From NCBI GenBank assembly GCA_035697485.1, contig DASSCU010000049.1, positions 81,200 through 145,199 on the forward strand: a stretch of DNA of 64,000 nt. Reading direction: 5' to 3'. Of this stretch, positions 34,928-46,299 are shown piece after piece. The position numbers and the translations under genes were made by a program. Below the pieces are notes generated by a model. The model did no database searches, was not told the DNA's origin, and saw only the letters and a program-made list of their open reading frames with translations. The DNA is from Actinomycetota bacterium (GTDB lineage Bacteria; Actinomycetota; UBA4738; HRBIN12). Position 1 is the stretch's first letter. Each line of letters starts with the position of its first letter.

Positions 34928-34946
34928 TCGCCACCGTCGCGATCTC

Positions 34947-34970
34947 GAAGGGGGGCTCATGCCCCCCTTC
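34947..34970 (+). terminator. intrinsic terminator hairpin
   Basis: Perfect 10-bp stem GAAGGGGGGC / GCCCCCCTTC with loop TCAT, 20 nt after the stop codon. Confidence 0.65.
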
Positions 34971-35024
34971 CGCGTTCTCCGAGTGGCGCATGCTAGGCTC
35001 GCCGCCGCTCGGTAGAGCCCTCGC

Positions 35025-38000
35025 ATGACCCAGTCCCCAGCCGCCACGCCCGAGCGCACGCCCACCGTCCTCGTCGTCCTGGTGGCCCGTGACGCAGCCG
35101 CCTGGCTCCGCGAGACCATCGCGGCGCTCGCCGCTCAGTCGTACCCACGCATGGCCGTGCTCGGCGTCGACGACGGATCCGACGACGACACGCGGCAGAT
35201 CCTGGAGCAGGCCCTCGGTGAGCGCCGGGTGATCGCGCTGCCCGATCCAGGCGGCCTCGCGCCCGCGTTCCGCGAGGCCATGGAGCAGCCCGCCGCGTCC
35301 GAGGCCGACCTCATCCTGCTGCTCCACGACGACGCCGCGCTCGACCCCGACGCCGTGCAGCGACTCGTCGAGGCCGCTGTGGGCATCCGTGGTCTCGACG
35401 AGGTGGGCATCGTCGGATGCAAGGTCGTCGACTGGGACGAGCCCCGCCGTCTGCTCGACGTCGGTCGCTCCGCCGACATCTTCGGCCACGCGTACACGCC
35501 GCTGCAGCCCGACGAGATCGACCAGGGCCAGTTCGACCGGGTCCTCGAGGTCCTGTGCGTGTCGTCGTCGGCGATGCTCATCGCGAGAGCGGCGTGGAAG
35601 CGCGCCGGCCTGCTCGACGAACGACTCGACACCGAGCACCAGGGACTCGATCTGTGCTGGCGGGTGCGTCTGGCGGGGTTCCGTGTGGTGATGATGCCGT
35701 TGGCGCGGGTCCGCCATCGCGAGGTCACGCGCTCCCGCGAACACGCGCGGCGCTCGCGACGTCACAGCATGCGATACGAAGAGGACCGAGCCGCGATCGC
35801 CACGATGGCGAAGAACTACGGCCTGATCTCACTGTTCTGGGTCACGCCGTTGGCGCTGCTGCTCGGGCTCGTCCGACTGCTCTTCCTGACGCTGGCGCGA
35901 CGGTTCGAGGAGGCCTACGACGTGCTCTCCGCGTGGGGCTGGAACGCCGCGCATGTCGGGGGCACGCTCTCCCGCCGCCGGCGCATCCAGCGCGAGCGCC
36001 GGGTCAAGGACCGCACGGTCCGTCGCTTCATGGAGACCGCGGGGGTCCGACTGCCCCGGTGGTTCCAGACGGCGGAACGCATCCTCGTGGAACAGCGCGA
36101 GATCGACGAGCGCGACGAGGACGAGACGACGTCCCGTCGGCTCCGCGACCGCACCGCGTCGCTCGTCGGATCGCACCCCGTGATCGTCGGCTCGTTCCTG
36201 GGGATCGTGGTCGGCGCCGTCACGATCCGCTTCCTCTTCGGAGCAGACGCGTTGGCGGGCGGGGTGTTACCGGCCTTCCCGGCGGGTCCCGACGGGTTCT
36301 GGGCCGAGCTGGTCTCCGCCTACCGGACGACACCGTTGGGGGGCACGCTCGCCGCAAGTCCTGCCTTGGGGGCGCTCGGGGGTTTGTCGTGGCTGATGCT
36401 CGGCAGCGCTTCGCTCGCGCAGAAGGTGGTGCTCGCCGGAGCCCCGGTGTTGGCGGCGATCCTGACCTACCGCGCGGCGATTCGGCTCACGGGGCGACCC
36501 GGCCCGTCCGTGCTGGCCTCCGGGGTGTACGTGCTCTGCGGTCTCACGCTGTGGTCCTTCTCCCAGGGGCGCCTCGATCTCCTCGTGGCGCTCGCGGTCC
36601 TGCCGGCGATCTTCGAGCGGATCGAAACCGCGTTCGGGCCCGACGAGCCGCAGGGCGGGCGACGGCGATTCGCCGCGGGTGTGGGGGTCACCCTCGCCGT
36701 GCTGGTGGCGTTCCTGCCGGGCGCGTTGCTCGCCGTCGGCGTGCTCGTCGTGGTCCAACTGGTCGCCGGCTCGTCCCGCGCCCGCGGCCTCGCCTCGATG
36801 GCGCTCGCATCCGCGATCGCCGCCGTGCTGCTCTTCCCGTTCGTGCCGACGCTCGCGGCGGGCGGAGGAGCTGCGCTGGTATCACAGATCGGCACCTCGG
36901 ACCTGTCGCAGCTGGCGCGGCTAGCGCCGGGTGACGGGCCCGGCACGTGGGTCGTGGCCCTCTTCCTGCCGGTGGCCGCACTCTTGTCGTTCGCCTTGGT
37001 GGGCGCCGAGCTCCGTGGACGGGCGGTCCGCGCGGTGCTGGTGGTCCTGGTCGCCCTGGCGTTGTCGTGGCTCTCCGCCGCGTGGTGGGTTCCGGCGCCG
37101 TTGTCCAACCCGCTCGCGTATCTCGCCGTCGCCGCCGTCGGGGAAGTGATGCTGGTCGCGTACGGTGTCTCCTCGGCCGTGACCGGCCTCGGCCGCGAGG
37201 CGTTCGGCATGCGCCAGATCCTGACCGCGATGCTCGCGGTCGTGATCGGCGGCGGTCTCCTGCTCCAGTCGATCGCGGCGCTCGTGGGCGGATGGGCGGT
37301 CGGCGGTCCCGAGCAGGTGCCGGCGGCGTGGTCCGTGCTCGAGAGCACCGCGAAGGGCGACTTCAGGGTGCTGTGGGTGGGCTCCCACACGAACGATCCC
37401 TTCCCCGCGCCCGGCGGCGACCCCTCGGGACTGGCCGAGTCGGGTCGGGCCACCCTGCGTTACGGGCTCACCGGTCGCGACGGCACGGTTGCGATCGACC
37501 TCGCGCGTCCCTCGGTCGGCCCGGGCCCCGATCACCTCAGGGAAGCGCTCGACGAGATCCTCGCAGGGACGACCCGCCACGGGGGGGCGCTGTTGGCCCC
37601 CTTCGGCGTGCGGTTCGTGATCGCCGCCGACGACGACGTGCCCCCGCAAGCGCAGGCGCTGCTCGACGCCCAGGTCGACCTCGACCTCGTGCCGGCTGCC
37701 GGTCTCGTCGTCTACCGCAACGCGCGGGCGATCTCGCCCGCGGCGGTGCTCGAGGACGACCCCCTCTCGGTCGAGGCGATGCGATCATCCGATCCACCTG
37801 ATGTCGTGCGCGCGTCTCTGCGTCGAGGGTCCCCCCTCGCGCAGGTGATGGGGGGCTGGGAAGGAGGCGAGGGCTCGGGGCCGGTCTACGTCTCGACGGA
37901 GTTCCAGGGTGCCTGGCAGCTGGAGGGCTCCGAGGACGAGCCCCTCACGGCGTTCGGTTGGGCGACCGGGTTCGAGACGCAGCAAGCACCGGTGGCCGTG

Positions 38001-38099
38001 CGGTACGGGTCCCAGTTGCCCGCCACGATCCAAGTGTGGCTCCTCGGGCTCGTGTGGGCCGTCGCCCTCTGGGTCACGAGGAAGCCAGTGGCGCGATGA
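35025..38099 (+). CDS. GT2 glycosyltransferase domain fused to a large polytopic membrane domain
   Basis: 1024 aa. The N-terminal ~250 aa are GT2 (VLVVLVARDAAAWL, GVDDGSDD, LLLHDD). The remainder contains more than 12 hydrophobic helices plus a C-terminal extracytoplasmic region. Confidence 0.8.
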   Translation: MTQSPAATPERTPTVLVVLVARDAAAWLRETIAALAAQSYPRMAVLGVDDGSDDDTRQILEQALGERRVIALPDPGGLAPAFREAMEQPAASEADLILLLHDDAALDPDAVQRLVEAAVGIRGLDEVGIVGCKVVDWDEPRRLLDVGRSADIFGHAYTPLQPDEIDQGQFDRVLEVLCVSSSAMLIARAAWKRAGLLDERLDTEHQGLDLCWRVRLAGFRVVMMPLARVRHREVTRSREHARRSRRHSMRYEEDRAAIATMAKNYGLISLFWVTPLALLLGLVRLLFLTLARRFEEAYDVLSAWGWNAAHVGGTLSRRRRIQRERRVKDRTVRRFMETAGVRLPRWFQTAERILVEQREIDERDEDETTSRRLRDRTASLVGSHPVIVGSFLGIVVGAVTIRFLFGADALAGGVLPAFPAGPDGFWAELVSAYRTTPLGGTLAASPALGALGGLSWLMLGSASLAQKVVLAGAPVLAAILTYRAAIRLTGRPGPSVLASGVYVLCGLTLWSFSQGRLDLLVALAVLPAIFERIETAFGPDEPQGGRRRFAAGVGVTLAVLVAFLPGALLAVGVLVVVQLVAGSSRARGLASMALASAIAAVLLFPFVPTLAAGGGAALVSQIGTSDLSQLARLAPGDGPGTWVVALFLPVAALLSFALVGAELRGRAVRAVLVVLVALALSWLSAAWWVPAPLSNPLAYLAVAAVGEVMLVAYGVSSAVTGLGREAFGMRQILTAMLAVVIGGGLLLQSIAALVGGWAVGGPEQVPAAWSVLESTAKGDFRVLWVGSHTNDPFPAPGGDPSGLAESGRATLRYGLTGRDGTVAIDLARPSVGPGPDHLREALDEILAGTTRHGGALLAPFGVRFVIAADDDVPPQAQALLDAQVDLDLVPAAGLVVYRNARAISPAAVLEDDPLSVEAMRSSDPPDVVRASLRRGSPLAQVMGGWEGGEGSGPVYVSTEFQGAWQLEGSEDEPLTAFGWATGFETQQAPVAVRYGSQLPATIQVWLLGLVWAVALWVTRKPVAR

Positions 38100-39517
38100 G
38101 AGCCCGGGGGCAGGGTGTGTTGTCCCTCGTGGTCGCCGGCATCGTGGCGCTCGGCGTGGTCACGTTCGATCGCCTCGGTGAGCGCGAGCCGGCGGGATCC
38201 GCGGGAGGATCCGCGACGTCGGCTACCTGGCTGTGTCCCCACGGCGGCGGGAAGGCTTACGAGGGCACGGTCTTCCTGGCGAACCCTGGCGAGGTCGAGG
38301 TCTCGGCCCGGGTGAGCGAGCTCTCCGACGACGGCGCCGAGGGGTCGTCGGAGGTCCGCGTCCCGCCGCGCTCCCAGGTCGAGGTCGTCGTCGACGCCTC
38401 CGATCGATCTTCGTCGACGTTCGTCGAGACGTTCGGCGGCTGGCTGGCGGCGGGGTGGCTGATCCGAGGAGCCGAGGGCGAGGTGGGCATCGGCGCCGAA
38501 CCGTGCGTCGCCGAGGCGGGACGGGGCTGGGTCACCGCGGCCGCCTCGACGGACGAAGGCGACGACGCCTTCCTCGTCGTCATGAACCCGTTCGACACCG
38601 ACGCGGTGTTCGACGTCGCTCTGTTCGCGGCCGATCGAGCGCCTGTGCGCGACTCCGAGCTCACCGACGTCACGCTTCGGCCGCGAAGGAGCACGGCGAT
38701 ACGACTGAACGACTTCGCGCAGGGCGAGCTGGGGCTCGGCGTGTCGGTCGAGGTCTCCTCGGGCAGGCTCGCTGCATCATCGCTCGTCGTCTCCGAGGGC
38801 CGCGGCATCTGGAGCGTGATCGCTTCCGCGGCACCAGGTCAGCGGCAACTGATGCTCACCTCCACGGGGTCGGGCCGGTCCGTGCTGAACGTCGCGGTGC
38901 CCACGGTGAGGACCGACCCCGACGGCGTGACCCCGCTGCCTCCGGGGCAGTTCGGCTCGACGTTCGCCGCGATCCTACGGTCGGAGGCGCCTCCGCAGCC
39001 CGCGGGCGGACTGGCCGAGCAGCCGCAGGAACCGGAGTCGGCGGCGGCCTACCCGCTCACGACGACCGGTCCGTCGGCGGTCGATCTCTCCGTCCGTGAG
39101 GGCGCAGCTGTCGTGTCGGCGCTGCGCACGATCGGCGCGGGCAACGACGGTGGTGCGACCGCCGGGTCGACCGGCCCTGCGACGTCGTGGGTGGTCACGC
39201 CCACGGTGGCGGGAGATCCCGCCCGCCCCGGGTTGCTCGTGCTGAACCCTGGACAGTCGCAGGCGTCGGTCTCGATCACAGGCCTCCCCGCCGAAGAGGA
39301 GGGGTCGGCCGAGTCCACCACGATCTCGGTCCCCCCGGGGTCGGTCGCGGGGGTGCCCCGCGAGTTCCTCGACCGTGTGGGCGGCGCCTCGTTGCTCGTC
39401 ATCAGCGACGGCGTGCCGGTCGTCGCGCTCGGTGCGTCCACGTCGCTGGGCAACGAGGGGCTGTCCGTCTACGGTCTGGCCGCGGGGCTGCCGATAGTGG
39501 AACCGGGAACAGCCTGA
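38096..39517 (+). CDS. DUF5719-like secreted/anchored protein
   Basis: 473 aa with an N-terminal TM anchor and a beta-rich Ser/Val/Ala composition. ATGA overlap with the GT2-membrane gene. The family assignment is from memory of this conserved gene pair. Confidence 0.6.
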   Translation: MRARGQGVLSLVVAGIVALGVVTFDRLGEREPAGSAGGSATSATWLCPHGGGKAYEGTVFLANPGEVEVSARVSELSDDGAEGSSEVRVPPRSQVEVVVDASDRSSSTFVETFGGWLAAGWLIRGAEGEVGIGAEPCVAEAGRGWVTAAASTDEGDDAFLVVMNPFDTDAVFDVALFAADRAPVRDSELTDVTLRPRRSTAIRLNDFAQGELGLGVSVEVSSGRLAASSLVVSEGRGIWSVIASAAPGQRQLMLTSTGSGRSVLNVAVPTVRTDPDGVTPLPPGQFGSTFAAILRSEAPPQPAGGLAEQPQEPESAAAYPLTTTGPSAVDLSVREGAAVVSALRTIGAGNDGGATAGSTGPATSWVVTPTVAGDPARPGLLVLNPGQSQASVSITGLPAEEEGSAESTTISVPPGSVAGVPREFLDRVGGASLLVISDGVPVVALGASTSLGNEGLSVYGLAAGLPIVEPGTA

Positions 39518-39586
39518 TCGGCCGACTGGAGCCCGATGCGCCGTCGCGTATCATGTTCCGGTCCGCGACCCAACGGACACCTTGCC

Positions 39587-40705
39587 ATGGCCAGAGGAAC
39601 GCATGCACCCGCGCGCAAGCATCGCGCGATCGCGATCGTTGCGATCGTCGCGGGCGTGCTCGTGCTCGCCGTCGGCGGTGCCGCGTACTCGGCGTACCGC
39701 TACGAGCAGTCGCGAGCCGACCGCATCCTTCCGGGGGTGACGGTCGGCGGCGTCGACGTCGGGGGCATGACCAAGGCCGAGGCGGTCCAGGCCGTCCGCG
39801 CCGCCTCGGCGGTGGCGTTGCAGCGGCAGGTCGAGCTCCGGGCGCGCGGGCGGAGCTGGCAGGTCACCCTCGAGGAGCTCGGCCAGCGTTCCAACGCCGT
39901 GGGCGCCGTGAACAGGGCGCTCGGGCTGAGCGAGTCGATGGGCACGTTCTCCCGCTTCTGGCACCGCTTCAACGACGATCCGATCGGGCAGGAGGTCGAG
40001 CTGACGTTCTCGGGCGACGGTCGGGTCGACGTCGTGCTCGGGCGCATCGCTCGTGACGTCGCCGTGAAGCCGGTGAACGCCGACGTCACCTACGACGACG
40101 GTGAGGTGCGCTTCGTGAAGCCCAAGCCGGGCCGAGCGCTCGACTTCGTCGAGGCTCGCGCGTCGGTGCGAGCCGCGCTCAAGGCCGGTGGCGCCTCAGA
40201 GGTCTCGCTCCCCGTGCTGAAGGTCAGCCCCAAGGTCACCGAGAAGACCATGCCGCGCACGATCGTCGTCAGGGTCGACGAGAACAAGCTGTACCTCTAC
40301 GACGGGTTCGACGTGGTTCGCACTTGGGCGGTCGCGACCGCGATGCCGGGGTGGACCACTCCGCAAGGGGACTGGAACCTCTACCGCAAGGCCGTGAACC
40401 CGACGTGGTACAACCCCGCGCTCGACAGCTGGGGGGCCGATCTCCCGGCGGTCGTCCCGGGCGGACCGAGCGCGCCGATGGGGACCCGCGCGCTCTACAT
40501 CACGGCGCCGGGATTGATCCGCATCCACGGGACTCCGGCCGACAGCTCGATCGGCACATACGCGTCCCACGGCTGCATCCGCATGCACAACTGGGAGGTC
40601 GAGGAGTTGTATCCGATGGTCGACGTCGGCACCCGCGTGATCGTCGTCGGGTCGCGTCCGGCCAACGCGGTCGAGGGCGACACGCCAGCGTCGGTCAACG
40701 TCTGA
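39587..40705 (+). CDS. L,D-transpeptidase (YkuD domain) with N-terminal anchor and accessory domains
   Basis: Catalytic motif SHGCIRMHN, LYLYDG, and a TM anchor (AIAIVAIVAGVLVLAVGG). Confidence 0.85.
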   Translation: MARGTHAPARKHRAIAIVAIVAGVLVLAVGGAAYSAYRYEQSRADRILPGVTVGGVDVGGMTKAEAVQAVRAASAVALQRQVELRARGRSWQVTLEELGQRSNAVGAVNRALGLSESMGTFSRFWHRFNDDPIGQEVELTFSGDGRVDVVLGRIARDVAVKPVNADVTYDDGEVRFVKPKPGRALDFVEARASVRAALKAGGASEVSLPVLKVSPKVTEKTMPRTIVVRVDENKLYLYDGFDVVRTWAVATAMPGWTTPQGDWNLYRKAVNPTWYNPALDSWGADLPAVVPGGPSAPMGTRALYITAPGLIRIHGTPADSSIGTYASHGCIRMHNWEVEELYPMVDVGTRVIVVGSRPANAVEGDTPASVNV

Positions 40706-40779
40706 GCGTCGTCGTCGTTCTTGTCACACTTCCTCGGCTCGCACCTTGTCGATGCCGGTCGGGGTGACGTAGGGTTCTC

Positions 40780-40894
40780 GATGTACCCCGTAGCGACGCG
40801 ATGGGAAACCGGAGCGCCACTGCGGGGTACATCTGTGTGCGGCGCACGCCGGCGGCGTGCGGGAGCGCGATCTCCTCGAAGATGCTTGGAGATC
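40780..40894 (+). ncRNA. candidate structured RNA (three consecutive hairpins) with its own promoter-like elements
   Basis: TTGTCG (40746-40751), then 18 nt, then TAGGGT (40770-40775). Hairpin 1 has 11-bp arms at 40780-40790 / 40823-40833. Hairpin 2 has an 8-bp stem at 40843-40850 / 40854-40861. Hairpin 3 has a 7-bp stem at 40869-40875 / 40888-40894. Third codon positions are not GC-biased, which argues against coding. Confidence 0.35.
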
Positions 40895-40922
40895 ACACGT
40901 ATGTCATTTACTCTTCGGCGCG

Positions 40923-41150
40923 ATGCGAACCTGCGCGAAGATGCGATGTGACGCCGAGCCAGTCGCCACCGTCTCCCTCCGATACGCCGATCGTGAGGTC
41001 GCGATCGGCGATCTCGTGGCGGAGCGCGACCGCAACCTGCTCGACCTGTGCCGCGAGCACGTCGAGCGCCTGACGCCTCCCGTCGGCTGGACGGTGCGGG
41101 ACGCGCGGGCCGTGACGATCTCGGAGGCAGCCTCGGCCCTGGCCGTCTGA
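40923..41150 (+). CDS. DUF3499-like protein (Rv3258c-type)
   Basis: 75 aa. Contains MRTCAKMRCDAEPVATVSLRY..LLDLCREHVERLTPPVGWTV, the pattern I recall for DUF3499. A -10-like TACTCT lies 8 nt upstream of the ATG. Confidence 0.7.
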   Translation: MRTCAKMRCDAEPVATVSLRYADREVAIGDLVAERDRNLLDLCREHVERLTPPVGWTVRDARAVTISEAASALAV

Positions 41151-41170
41151 CCTCACCCGGGCTCCCACCT

Positions 41171-41188
41171 CGTCGTCGGCCGACGACG
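41171..41188 (+). terminator. palindromic hairpin CGTCGTCGGCCGACGACG after the DUF3499 gene
   Basis: 18-nt perfect palindrome, 21 nt after the stop and nested inside a 9-bp outer pairing (41155-41163 / 41210-41218). There is no U-tract. Confidence 0.35.
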
Positions 41189-41315
41189 GGCGGCTGTCCC
41201 CCCGATGGGGGCCCGGGTGTGGCGCGGGGGCCATGGGTGAGCCCCTCGGCGGACCCGAGGAAATGAGCGCAGGGTGCTATGGTCCCCGACCCCTGTCAGA
41301 GCCGAACCTATCGGT

Positions 41316-41492
41316 ATGGAAACCGGAACCTGCCCCCAGTGCCGCGCGGGCGACCTCATCGCCATCTCGATGTCGGTCGGCGGCCGAGACCTGTCCTTCC
41401 GCACCTGTCACCACTGCGAGGCGAAGTGGTGGTACCGCGACGGCGACGAGGTGCCGCTGGCGTCGGTGATCGGGCTCGTCGTCGAGAAGTGA
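41316..41492 (+). CDS. small zinc-ribbon protein (TFIIB-type zf pattern)
   Basis: 58 aa. CPQC ... CHHC followed by a WWYRDGDE pattern (CPxC-x18-20-CxxC-xxxW-x-D-xGE). The start is uncertain; the track ORF starts at 41274. Confidence 0.55.
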   Translation: METGTCPQCRAGDLIAISMSVGGRDLSFRTCHHCEAKWWYRDGDEVPLASVIGLVVEK

Positions 41493-41567
41493 TGCCCCGC
41501 GGCTTCGCCGGGCACCCCTTCGACTCCGACGCCTGACGCCCCCGTCGTCCGCCCGTAACATGCGGGC

Positions 41568-42920
41568 GTGCCCAGCGACCTCGACCGCATCTTCAAGGCG
41601 TACGACGTGCGTGGGGTCGTGCCCGACGAACTCGATGCCGACCTCGTCCGCGACATCGGAGCGGCGTTCGCGGCGTGGAGCGGCGCGTCGAGCATCGTCG
41701 TCGGCCGCGACTGCCGCCTGAGTTCCCCTGAGCTCGCGGCCGCGATCGCCGACGGCGCCACCTCGCAAGGCATCGATGTGGTCGACCTCGGGCTCGCGTC
41801 GACCGACCTGCTCTACTTCGCGTCCGGCTCGCTCGACATGCCCGGCATCATGCTCACGGCGAGCCACAATCCCAAGCAGTACAACGGCATGAAGTTCTGC
41901 CTGGCGGGCGCGAAGCCGGTGGGGGAGGACACCGGGCTCCGCGAGATCCGCTCGATCGTCGAGCTGGGGTCGTCTCCGGCCGCGGCAGCGCGGGGCTCGG
42001 TGCATCGTCGCGAGCTGCTCGAGGCATACGTGGAGCACGTGCTCTCGTTCGTCGACGTCGGAGCCATGCGGCCGTTGACGATCGTGGCCGACACGGCGAA
42101 CGGCATGGGGGGCCTGGTGGTGCCTGCCGTGATATCGAGGCTGCCCGTCACCCTGCATCACCTCTATCCAGAGCTCGACGGCACGTTTCCCAACCATCCG
42201 GCGGACCCGATCGACCCGGAGAACCAGAAGGACCTGAAGGCCGCCGTGATCGAGCACGGCGCCGACGTCGGGCTCGCCTTCGATGGCGACGCCGATCGCG
42301 TGTTCCTGATCGACGAGCGGGCCGAGGACGTGAGCGGTTCGCTGCTCACAGCCCTCGTCGCGATCGCGATGCTCGAGCGGGAGCCAGGCGCCAAGATCGT
42401 CCACAACCTCATCTGCTCGTGGACCGTGCCCGAGGTGATCCGCGAGCATGGCGGCGAACCCGTGCGCACCCGGGTGGGTCATTCGTTCATCAAGCAGGTG
42501 ATGGCCGAGACCGGCGCGATCTTCGGTGGTGAGCATTCGGGTCACTACTACTTCCGAGACAACTACCGGGCCGACTCGGGACTGATCGCGGCGGTCGCCG
42601 CTCTGGGAGAGCTCTCCAAGGCAGATCGCCCCCTCTCCGAGCTCCTGGCGCCGCTGCGCCGCTACGCGGCGTCGGGCGAGATCAACTCGGTCGTGGACGA
42701 TCAGCAGGGCCGCATCGGGGCGATCGCCTCCCACTACTCGGACGGCCGGCAGGACCGGCTCGACGGCCTGACGGTAGAGTTCGACGACTGGTGGTGCAAC
42801 GTGCGTCCCTCGAACACCGAACCGTTGCTCCGGCTGAACGCCGAGGCGCGCACCCCTGAGCTGCTGGCCGAGAAGACGGCCGAGGTGCTCGCGCTGATCC
42901 GAGGCGACGGCGACGCGTGA
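41568..42920 (+). CDS. manB: phosphomannomutase / phosphoglucomutase
   Basis: FKAYDVRG, the active-site loop TASHNPKQYNGMKF, GFAFDGDADR-type (LAFDGDADR) and GEHSGHYYF. GTG start 6 nt after a TAACAT hexamer. Confidence 0.9.
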   Translation: MPSDLDRIFKAYDVRGVVPDELDADLVRDIGAAFAAWSGASSIVVGRDCRLSSPELAAAIADGATSQGIDVVDLGLASTDLLYFASGSLDMPGIMLTASHNPKQYNGMKFCLAGAKPVGEDTGLREIRSIVELGSSPAAAARGSVHRRELLEAYVEHVLSFVDVGAMRPLTIVADTANGMGGLVVPAVISRLPVTLHHLYPELDGTFPNHPADPIDPENQKDLKAAVIEHGADVGLAFDGDADRVFLIDERAEDVSGSLLTALVAIAMLEREPGAKIVHNLICSWTVPEVIREHGGEPVRTRVGHSFIKQVMAETGAIFGGEHSGHYYFRDNYRADSGLIAAVAALGELSKADRPLSELLAPLRRYAASGEINSVVDDQQGRIGAIASHYSDGRQDRLDGLTVEFDDWWCNVRPSNTEPLLRLNAEARTPELLAEKTAEVLALIRGDGDA

Positions 42921-42948
42921 GACCTGCCCCGGACGAGAAGGAGGCATC

Positions 42949-43137
42949 GTGACCCTCGATCCTCAGCTGCTGGAGATCCTCGTGTGCCCCAACGACCGGG
43001 GTGACCTCGACTATCGCGAGGCCGAGCAGATCCTGGTCTGCACGACGTGCGGATACCGATACCCGATCCGCGACGACATCCCGGTGATGTTGATCGACGA
43101 GGCCGAGAAGCCCGGCCAGAAGCCGGGAACGAAGTGA
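42949..43137 (+). CDS. Trm112-family small zinc-ribbon protein
   Basis: 62 aa with LLEILVCPNDRGDL...LVCTTCGYRYPIRDDIPVML. GAAGGAGG lies upstream of the GTG. Confidence 0.8.
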   Translation: MTLDPQLLEILVCPNDRGDLDYREAEQILVCTTCGYRYPIRDDIPVMLIDEAEKPGQKPGTK

Positions 43138-44197
43138 CGGACCTGAACGACGTCGAGGCGCTCCGGGCGCTCGACGTGGGCGACATGCTCGGAGCCGTCG
43201 CCTCGATGCCGCGACACGCGCGCGAAGGCTACGCGGCCGGGATGGGTGCCGAGGGTCTGGCTTCGGCCGACGGCGTGACGGCGATCACGTTCTGCGGCAT
43301 GGGGGGTTCGGCCGTCGCCGGCGACGTGCTCCGCTCGCTCTACCGCGACCGGCTGATCGTGCCCGTCGAGGTGAACCGAAGTCCCGAGTTGCCCGCGTAC
43401 GCCGGCCCGCGCACGATGGTCGTGGTCTCGTCGTACTCGGGGAACACGGCGGAGACGCTCGCGAGCTTCGAGGAAGCGGTGGCACGCGGCTGTCGGGTGC
43501 TACCGATCACGTCGGGGGGCACGCTGGCGGCCCGCGCGGGGGAGCTCGGCCTCGGAGCCGTCCGGATCCCCGGCGGCTACATGCCCCGCGCGGCGCTCGG
43601 CTACCTGTCGTTGTCCCTGCTCGGCGCGATGGAGGCCGTGGGGCTCTTGCCGCGCCTCGCGGGCGATGTGGACGAGGCGACGGGTGAGCTGGACCGACTC
43701 GCCGAGGCGCTGCGACCCGACCTGCCGACGCACCGAAACGAGGCCAAGGCGCTCGCGGAGCGCATCGGCCATCGTCAACCGGTCGTGTGGGGAGCCGACG
43801 GACTCGGCGCGGTCGCCGCCGCGCGGTGGAAGACCCAGCTGAACGAGAACGGGAAGGTCCCCGCCTGGTCGGCCGCGCTGCCAGAGCTCGACCACAACGA
43901 GGTCGTGGGGTGGTACGCCGACCACGGCGAGGACTCGTTTATCGTGGCGCTCCGACACGAGGGTGAACACGATGAGGTGGCGGTGCGTTTCCCGATCTCC
44001 CTCGAGATCGTTCGAGACGCAGGGGCGATCACCGATGAGGTCTGGGCGACCGGACGGAGCGCGCTCGCGCGGTTCCTGTCGCTCGTGATCATGGGGGACT
44101 ACGTGAGTTGCTACGTCGGCCTGCGCCAGGGTGTCGATCCCTCGCCGATCGCGTCGATCGACCGGCTGAAGGCGTTCCTGGGCGGAGCGAGGTCGTG

Positions 44198-44198
<1 letters not shown>
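43134..44198 (+). CDS. SIS-domain bifunctional phosphoglucose/phosphomannose isomerase-like protein
   Basis: SIS motif (FCGMGGSAVAGDV, VVVSSYSGNTAETL) and a C-terminal WKTQLNENGK block. GTGA overlap upstream. Confidence 0.75.
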
Positions 44199-46296
<2,098 letters not shown>

Positions 46297-46299
46297 CCG

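Noticed and set aside
34354-35119. Minus-strand ORFs of 188-189 aa, and the C-terminal part of a 432-aa ORF, running through 34.35-35.1 kb.
   Set aside because: They are mirror images of the Lys/Ala repeat gene (repeats of AAVFLRA..). Repeat DNA keeps all frames open, while the plus-strand gene has a ribosome-binding site and a terminator.
40781-40951. Possible leaderless 56-codon ORF starting at the ATG at 40781, the first base of hairpin 1.
   Set aside because: Its third codon positions are not GC-enriched, unlike every confident gene here. It also overlaps the DUF3499 start out of frame. I treat the region as non-coding RNA or leader instead.
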